Source: an uncultured Chloroflexia bacterium (GTDB taxonomy: Bacteria; Chloroflexota; Limnocylindria; Limnocylindrales; CSP1-4). Taken from it: DNA of 31,884 nucleotides. Location of the stretch: positions 1 to 31,884 of the forward strand of contig CAVVYR010000020.1 in the NCBI GenBank assembly GCA_963752475.1, given 5' to 3'. Shown here piece after piece: positions 25,318 to 31,884 of the stretch. The notes below the pieces were generated by a model. The model saw only the letters and a list, made by a program, of their open reading frames with translations. It made no database searches and was not told where the DNA came from. Each line of letters begins with the position of its first letter. Positions within the stretch are counted from its first letter, which is position 1. A program made the position numbers and the translations under genes.

Positions 25318-26221
25318 GCCTTGGTCACCTCCTGCAGCACGTCGGACAGGGTCGTCTCGAACGGAATCGCTGGCGACCAACCCACCCAATCGTGCAGGCG
25401 CTGCGCGTCACCCACGATCAGCTCAGGATCGCTGGCTCGCAGCAGCGACGGGTCCAGGTCGAACTCGACCGGCCAGTCGACCGACCGGCTGAAGTGGTCG
25501 ATGATGTCGCGCACCTTGACCGGGTGACCGGTGGCCACGTTGAAGACCGGCGGCTGGGGGATCTCTTCATCAGCGGCCGCGTGCTCCAGCATCAGGCGAT
25601 AGGCCCGTACGGTGTCCCGCACGTCACCGATATCCCGGGCCACGTCCACGTTCCCGACACGGATCGAGTCGCGGCCATCCCTCTTGGCGGCCGCGATCCG
25701 CCCGGCCATGGCCGGGACCACGAAGTCGTGACGCTGCCCTGGCCCGGTGTGGTTGAAGGACCGGGCCACGACGGCCCGCAGCCCCTGCATCGCACCCCAC
25801 AGTGTTACGCCTTCGGCCCCCAGCTTGGAGTGCCCGTAGACGTTGCGCGGCCCCAGCCGGCTGGACTCGGTCAGGGGCTGGCCACACTCGGGGTGGGCGT
25901 AGACATCAGCTGAACCGACGACCAGCAGCGCGGGACGCGGCTCGAGCATGCGGCCAGCCTCGACGACCGAGAGTGTCCCTCCGACGTTCGTGCGCAGGGC
26001 CAGCCCGGGATCCTCCTCCGCGTCGGGCGCGAACGCGACACCCGCCAAGTGCGCGACGCCGTCAGGCAGCTCACTGCGCAACAGCGCCTCGACCGCCTTG
26101 GCGTCGGCGACATCAAGCTGATCGATCGGCGGAGCCGGGATCGGCACATGACCGGCCTGCTCAAGCTCCTTCAAGAGCCAGCGCCCGACGAAGCCATCGG
26201 CGCCGGTCACAAGGATGCGCA

Positions 26222-26222
<1 letters not shown>
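25314..26222 (-). CDS. rmd: GDP-4-keto-6-deoxy-D-mannose reductase (Rmd-like; GDP-D-rhamnose or its 4-epimer)
   Basis: MRILVTGADGFVG, HLAG, VGSADVY, YGHSK, RSFNHTGPGQ, VGN.D..RD..DVRD.V.AY; TGATG-coupled to gmd. Confidence 0.8.
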
Positions 26223-27298
<1,076 letters not shown>

Positions 27299-27401
27299 TC
27301 ATCGGATGCTCAGGCCACGGTGGTGGCCTGAGGCGGTGTGCTCAGCACCGGGCGCCGCACTCGAAACCCATTCCGTTCACAGAGTGAGGAGGAGCGCGGC
27401 T

Positions 27402-30149
27402 TTGGCCAGAGTGAAGGCTGTCGGCAAACGAGTCGCTGTCACGGCCCGCCGCTGGGTCGTATCGGCCCTCTCGAACCGCACCCGAGCCAGCTCATCCGTG
27501 CGCCGCGGCCTTAGCCTGGTCGAACAGCTCGAGCGGCGGCTCACGGACGCCCTCGAGGCCATCGCCCCCGGACGGTGGCGCAAGCTGGAGACACGGCCGG
27601 TGACATCGGCCCTGACCAAGCCCGTGGGCCACATCGACAAGTGGACGGATGACACCATCGGCGGCTGGGCCTGGGTCCCGGTCCTGCCGGAGCACCGGGT
27701 GACGCTCATCGTGACAGCCGGTGGCAAGCCCATCGCCACGGCGACCGCCAACCAGCTCCGGAAGGATGTTCGCGATGCCGGTTTCGGGGATGGCCGCTAC
27801 GGGTTCCGGATCGCCGTGAACCTCAAGGAGCTGGCCCGGAGCGCCGGCGATGATGTCGATCACGTCGAGGTGCAGGCACTCGACCCACAGGGCCATGCCG
27901 TGTCCATCGGGACCGTGCCACTCCTCGCCAACCTCCGCATCGACGGTCTGTTCGACCGGCTCTCGCCGAGTTTCATGCGCCATCACATCCTGCCCTGGCT
28001 GGGCGCCCTAGCCTGCCCGCCCCGGACCGGTCGCGAGCGTGCCTCCAGACCCGCGCGTGACGAGGGCCATGCCCCCGCCTATCAGCACCTGTTCATCGAG
28101 TCCCGCCCTTCGACGCAGCTCCAAAGCGCCGACGACTTCCAGCCCCGACCCACGCTCTCCCCCTATGTGCGCTACGCCTCGGCGCGCGTGCTTGCGAACC
28201 AGCCCATCGACCGCAGCCCACAGGCGGCCGACGCCCAGCTGCGCTGGTACCTCGACGTCTACCAAGATGTCCGCTCGGGGTACAGGGCGCCACTCTCGCC
28301 CGAAGAGGTCAGGTACCTCAACGCACCGTTCGGTCACATCGCGGGCATGACCACGCCCACGGTTTCGCGCGTGTCGCTGAGCTACTACTTGGAGGAGGAC
28401 GGGCTGCGCGGTCAGCTCAACCTGACCGAGGAGGATGAGTACCAGGAGTTCGTCTACTGGTGGTCCATCGAGAAAGCGGCCGCGCTCGGCGTCGAGGACT
28501 GTCTCGTGCCCGAGTACTATCGGGAGACCCTGCTCGAACTGGTGGACCGAGAGTTCACTGTCGGCCTGCCCACCTCGGCCTTCGTCCGGACCTATGTCAA
28601 GCGCTCTGGCATGGAGGGTGTGAACCTCCGCAATGTCGATCACGCGCTGGGGGTCTATCTGCACCTGCTGCTCAAGGCGATCCAGCGACCCGACCTTCTG
28701 CGGTATGTGCCGGACACCGTGCTTAACCTTCTGCTCAAGGAGGACGCTGACGGCGAGTGCCGGTTCGACGACCTCGCCGCCGCCGCGATGGCCTGGGCCG
28801 ATACCGATAGCGGTTCGACCCTGGCGTCTAGCGGTTCGACCCTGGCGTCGGACAGCGGGCCGCGACCGTGCGAGACGCTGGAGCAGAACCTCAACGCGGC
28901 CGGCTTCGATCTCGCCAGCCGCACGTTCAGGTCGGTCGACAGCGACGGCTACCGGCTTCATGCGGCCATGTTGCCAGGGCCACCACGCGACGGGCCGGTC
29001 TCTGATGTCCAGATCATCGGGCCGTTCCGCAAGGCCTCCGGCTTGGGGCAGGCCTGCCGTCTCGCTGCCGATATCACCAAGGAGACGGGCTACTCGGTGA
29101 ACCTCGTCGACTTCGGCATGGACAATCCGGCTCCCGAGGGCTTCAGCACGACGATCGAGGTAGACGAGCCGGCCCGGGCCCGGGTGAACCTGATTCACCT
29201 CAACGCGGAGTCGATCCCGCTCGCCTACGCCTATCTGCCTGACCTCTACGCCGACAGCTACAACATCGGGTTCTTCTACTGGGAGCTCGACTCACCGGCC
29301 GCCTGCCACGAACTCGCGCTCGACCTGCTCGACGAGATCTGGGTCGCGACCGAGTACGGGGTCTCGCAGTATCAGCCCCACACGGGAGCTCCCGTCAGCA
29401 ACGTCGGGACCGCCTTCGAGGACATCCCCGACATCGAGCGGGAGGACGCTCGCACGATGGTTCGCGAACGCTATGGCATCGGCGAAGAGACCTTCGTCTT
29501 CCTAGCCACGTTCGACTCGTTCTCCTTCGTCACGCGAAAGAACCCTGTGGGCACGATCAGGGCCTTCCAAGCCGCCTTCCCCGAAGGCACCGAGGACGTG
29601 GCCCTGCTGCTCAAGACGCAGAACCGACGGCGCGTCAAGGACGCGCGGCAGATCTCCGAGATGCAGGCGGTCCAGGAGCTATCAGCCATGGACCCGCGAG
29701 TGACAGTCATCGACGAGACCCTCGCCTACCGCGACATCCTGCGCATGAAGAAGGGCAGTGACGCCTACGTCTCGCTGCACCGATCGGAAGGCTGGGGTTT
29801 CGGCCCGATCGAGGCCATGGCGCTGGGTGTGCCGGTCATCGCCACCGCGTACTCTGGGAACATGGAGTTCTGTAGACCGGAGACAGCCTGGCTCGTGGAC
29901 TACGAGCTCGTAGCTGTGCAGGAGAAGGACTACATCTTCGTCAAGCCCGGCCAACGCTGGGCCGACCCCTCAGTCGACGATGCGGCTACCCAGATGCGTA
30001 GCTGCTACGAGGATGAGGGGCTACGTGCCAAACGCGCTGAAGCGGGCCGCGAGCTCGTGGCCTCCGAGTTCTCGGTCGCCGCTATCGCACGGCGGTACAA
30101 GGCGCGCCTCGAGGCCATCTTCGCCGAGCTCGACGAGCGAGTGTCGTAG
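27402..30149 (+). CDS. Multidomain glycosyltransferase with C-terminal GT4 (GT-B) domain; start uncertain (ORF open from 27306)
   Basis: SGLGQACR, YNIGFFYWEL, DEIWVATEY, RKNP.G.I.AFQ.AFP, YVSLHRSEGWG.GPIEAMALGVPVIATAYSGNMEF; N-terminal GHID....IGGWAW...A...R.DV..AG.GDG.YGF module. GAGGAGGAG lies 7 nt before TTG 27402. Confidence 0.88.
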   Translation: MARVKAVGKRVAVTARRWVVSALSNRTRASSSVRRGLSLVEQLERRLTDALEAIAPGRWRKLETRPVTSALTKPVGHIDKWTDDTIGGWAWVPVLPEHRVTLIVTAGGKPIATATANQLRKDVRDAGFGDGRYGFRIAVNLKELARSAGDDVDHVEVQALDPQGHAVSIGTVPLLANLRIDGLFDRLSPSFMRHHILPWLGALACPPRTGRERASRPARDEGHAPAYQHLFIESRPSTQLQSADDFQPRPTLSPYVRYASARVLANQPIDRSPQAADAQLRWYLDVYQDVRSGYRAPLSPEEVRYLNAPFGHIAGMTTPTVSRVSLSYYLEEDGLRGQLNLTEEDEYQEFVYWWSIEKAAALGVEDCLVPEYYRETLLELVDREFTVGLPTSAFVRTYVKRSGMEGVNLRNVDHALGVYLHLLLKAIQRPDLLRYVPDTVLNLLLKEDADGECRFDDLAAAAMAWADTDSGSTLASSGSTLASDSGPRPCETLEQNLNAAGFDLASRTFRSVDSDGYRLHAAMLPGPPRDGPVSDVQIIGPFRKASGLGQACRLAADITKETGYSVNLVDFGMDNPAPEGFSTTIEVDEPARARVNLIHLNAESIPLAYAYLPDLYADSYNIGFFYWELDSPAACHELALDLLDEIWVATEYGVSQYQPHTGAPVSNVGTAFEDIPDIEREDARTMVRERYGIGEETFVFLATFDSFSFVTRKNPVGTIRAFQAAFPEGTEDVALLLKTQNRRRVKDARQISEMQAVQELSAMDPRVTVIDETLAYRDILRMKKGSDAYVSLHRSEGWGFGPIEAMALGVPVIATAYSGNMEFCRPETAWLVDYELVAVQEKDYIFVKPGQRWADPSVDDAATQMRSCYEDEGLRAKRAEAGRELVASEFSVAAIARRYKARLEAIFAELDERVS
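28808..28849 (+). repeat. Perfect 21-bp tandem duplication (SGSTLAS twice) in an inter-domain linker
   Basis: TAGCGGTTCGACCCTGGCGTC at 28808-28828 and 28829-28849. Confidence 0.95.
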
Positions 30150-30151
30150 GC

Positions 30152-30895
30152 TCACGAGCCCAATCGCGCGAGCGCTATCTGATGGAGTCGCTCGTCGAAC
30201 CTGTTCAGCTCACGAATCCGCTGTAGGACCGATGCGTCGATCGCCTGGGTGGCGGGTCGCTTGGGGTTCGTGTTCTCGGATCCGACGAGCGGTAGCTCAC
30301 GCCCGACGACCCGACCCATGGCCAGCGCGTTCTCAGGCATACGCTCCGTCGCCAAGAGCGCGGCGAAGTCACGGTCGATGTTGGCCATCGCTTCGTCAAA
30401 TAGTGTATCCGTGCAGCCACCAAACGGGATGTCACGACGGCCTGTGAGATTCCGGACCGCGAGATTGTCTGCGGGCAAGCGAGATTCCCCGAAGATCCAG
30501 TCTTCAAGCGAGGTGCGCCGCAATCGCAACCGCAGCCGCTCCCGGTATCCCTTGCTGCCGAACCGGACGCCAGGCAAGTTGAGGAAGTGGTAGTAGAGCG
30601 AAACCACTCGCTCTACTGGGTCACGCAGCAGGGTGGCGTAGCGGCAAGGCCGCTCGACCTGGCGGTGGATGCCATAGCTGAAGTGGCCCATGACGAGCCT
30701 GAGGCCACTCCTGACCTCCGCCGGCAGTTGGTTGAACTCCTGCCGCGTCATGGCGCCGTCGAGGTCTGAGGCGGCATAGACGAGGGCTGTGACGGGGGGA
30801 TCGAAGGCCCGAAGAAGCGAGGTCCGCAATGCCGTGCCACCGGTCTTCGGCAAGTGAATGAAGACAAGCGTGTCGTCCCCCAACGTCCCGCTCAT
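30152..30895 (-). CDS. Sulfotransferase family 2 protein
   Basis: FIHLPKTGGT (5'PSB), GHFSYG.H, LRDPVERVVSLY (3'PB), LNRFD.RL; ATGA overlap with the upstream paralogue. Confidence 0.88.
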   Translation of the reverse strand: MSGTLGDDTLVFIHLPKTGGTALRTSLLRAFDPPVTALVYAASDLDGAMTRQEFNQLPAEVRSGLRLVMGHFSYGIHRQVERPCRYATLLRDPVERVVSLYYHFLNLPGVRFGSKGYRERLRLRLRRTSLEDWIFGESRLPADNLAVRNLTGRRDIPFGGCTDTLFDEAMANIDRDFAALLATERMPENALAMGRVVGRELPLVGSENTNPKRPATQAIDASVLQRIRELNRFDERLHQIALARLGS

Positions 30896-31659
30896 CGCAG
30901 CCGCTCGGTCATCGCCTCGTAGAAGGCGTGATCCAAGTGGTTCAGCTCGCGCAGGCGACCGACCGTGGTTGGGTCCAACGAGCTGACCGGAATGCGCTCA
31001 CGGTTGACATTCAGGTAATCGAGCTCCGGGATCGAGGTCCTAAGGTCCTTCTCCAGCAGCCGCGCTGACTCCGCCAGCCGCTCCTGGACGAGGACCCGCA
31101 CGAAATGCTCGTCGACATGCTTGATGGCCTCCTCCAGCATGTCGTCGGTGCAGTGGCCGAACGGGACAGTCGTCCGGCCGGCGATACGGCGCACGATCTC
31201 ATTGTCGGCCTCGAGCCGTTGGAGGCCGAAGCCCCAGTCCTCTAGCGTCATCTGCTGGTCGATGATGGCTCGTCCCTCCGCGCCGGCCCGAGTGTCCGGC
31301 CGTAGCCCCGCGACGCGCCGGTAGTGATCGTAGTGGGACGCGATCCGGTCGATCGGATCGCGGATGATCGTCACGTAGCGCGAGGGCCGCGGGACATCGG
31401 CGTGCAGACCGTAGTGGAAGTGACCCGCGATGAAGCGCAGTCGCTGCCGATCGGCAGTGGGAAGCCCGGCGAAGTCCTCGATGTGGATCGATGGCGCTGG
31501 ACCTTGCCCTTCGTAGAGGAAGACTTGCTCTGACGGGGGATAGATCTGTGACAGCGAGGCCCGCAGGGCGGAACCAGCGGTCTTGGGGACGTGCAGAAAG
31601 AGCAGGGTCCAGTTGTGCCGGGGCCGGCGCCGGAACCGTCGCCGCATGAACTGCATCAT
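30892..31659 (-). CDS. Sulfotransferase family 2 protein (tandem paralogue)
   Basis: FLHVPKTAGS, GHFHYGLH, IRDPIDRIASHY, LNHLD..FY. Start at GTG 31662 or ATG 31659, just after TATCCT (31673-31668). Confidence 0.88.
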   Translation of the reverse strand: MMQFMRRRFRRRPRHNWTLLFLHVPKTAGSALRASLSQIYPPSEQVFLYEGQGPAPSIHIEDFAGLPTADRQRLRFIAGHFHYGLHADVPRPSRYVTIIRDPIDRIASHYDHYRRVAGLRPDTRAGAEGRAIIDQQMTLEDWGFGLQRLEADNEIVRRIAGRTTVPFGHCTDDMLEEAIKHVDEHFVRVLVQERLAESARLLEKDLRTSIPELDYLNVNRERIPVSSLDPTTVGRLRELNHLDHAFYEAMTERLR

Positions 31660-31884
31660 CACTGAACAGGATACGGAGGCCACGCCGAGAACGCTGACGG
31701 GCTATGCTCTGGTCGATGTCAGGACAGGCCCTGAGCGGGCGATCGGACAATTCGAGGGTGCCTTGGGCCCCACGCTGGCAGGCCTTGCTGTCAGTCACTG
31801 ACCCGCGCTGACCGCTGCCCGGGATGTCCTCCGCTCAGCCTGAGCTACCCGTCACTGCCATCGAGCCTGCGGATCGCTGGCCAG

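Noticed and set aside
31791-31884. Small palindromes (TCAGT-C-ACTGA, GCTCAG-C-CTGAGC) and a possible minus-strand gene end (LASDPQARWQ*)
   Set aside because: Too short and cut by the window edge; no U-tract, tRNA fold or array structure.

Overview
High-GC, gene-dense bacterial window that is almost entirely a surface-glycan biosynthesis and decoration region. The galK motif variant and leaderless promoters loosely suggest a Chloroflexota/Actinomycetota-type monoderm; this is inference only. Left to right: 3' end of galactokinase; RmlC-like cupin; GT2 with coiled coil; decayed sulfotransferase pseudogene; polyprenyl-phosphate GT2 with a GT-C-like membrane protein; an intact IS481-family element inserted in the loop of a hairpin at the stop codon of a DapA-family gene; SDR; methyltransferase-like/coiled-coil/YPDV-repeat protein; an operon of a GT-A-like protein, a sulfotransferase-like/PP-loop fusion and an FkbM methyltransferase; a second GT-C paralogue; a tightly coupled 10-gene operon (GNAT, ACP, ketoreductase, MBL hydrolase, KAS III, AMP-ligase, sugar aminotransferase, GtrB-like GT2, truncated WxcM, GtrA); a gmd-rmd-GT-C operon; a large GT4; two tandem sulfotransferases. 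The best candidate for a new system is the 10-gene operon plus GT-C proteins. It appears to build an acyl chain on a dedicated ACP, put it on a 3-amino-3,6-dideoxyhexose in place of acetate (the WxcM acetyltransferase half looks vestigial), load the sugar on a lipid carrier, flip it and transfer it outside the cytoplasm. No rRNA, tRNA or CRISPR array was seen. All family calls are from motif recognition; no database search was run.
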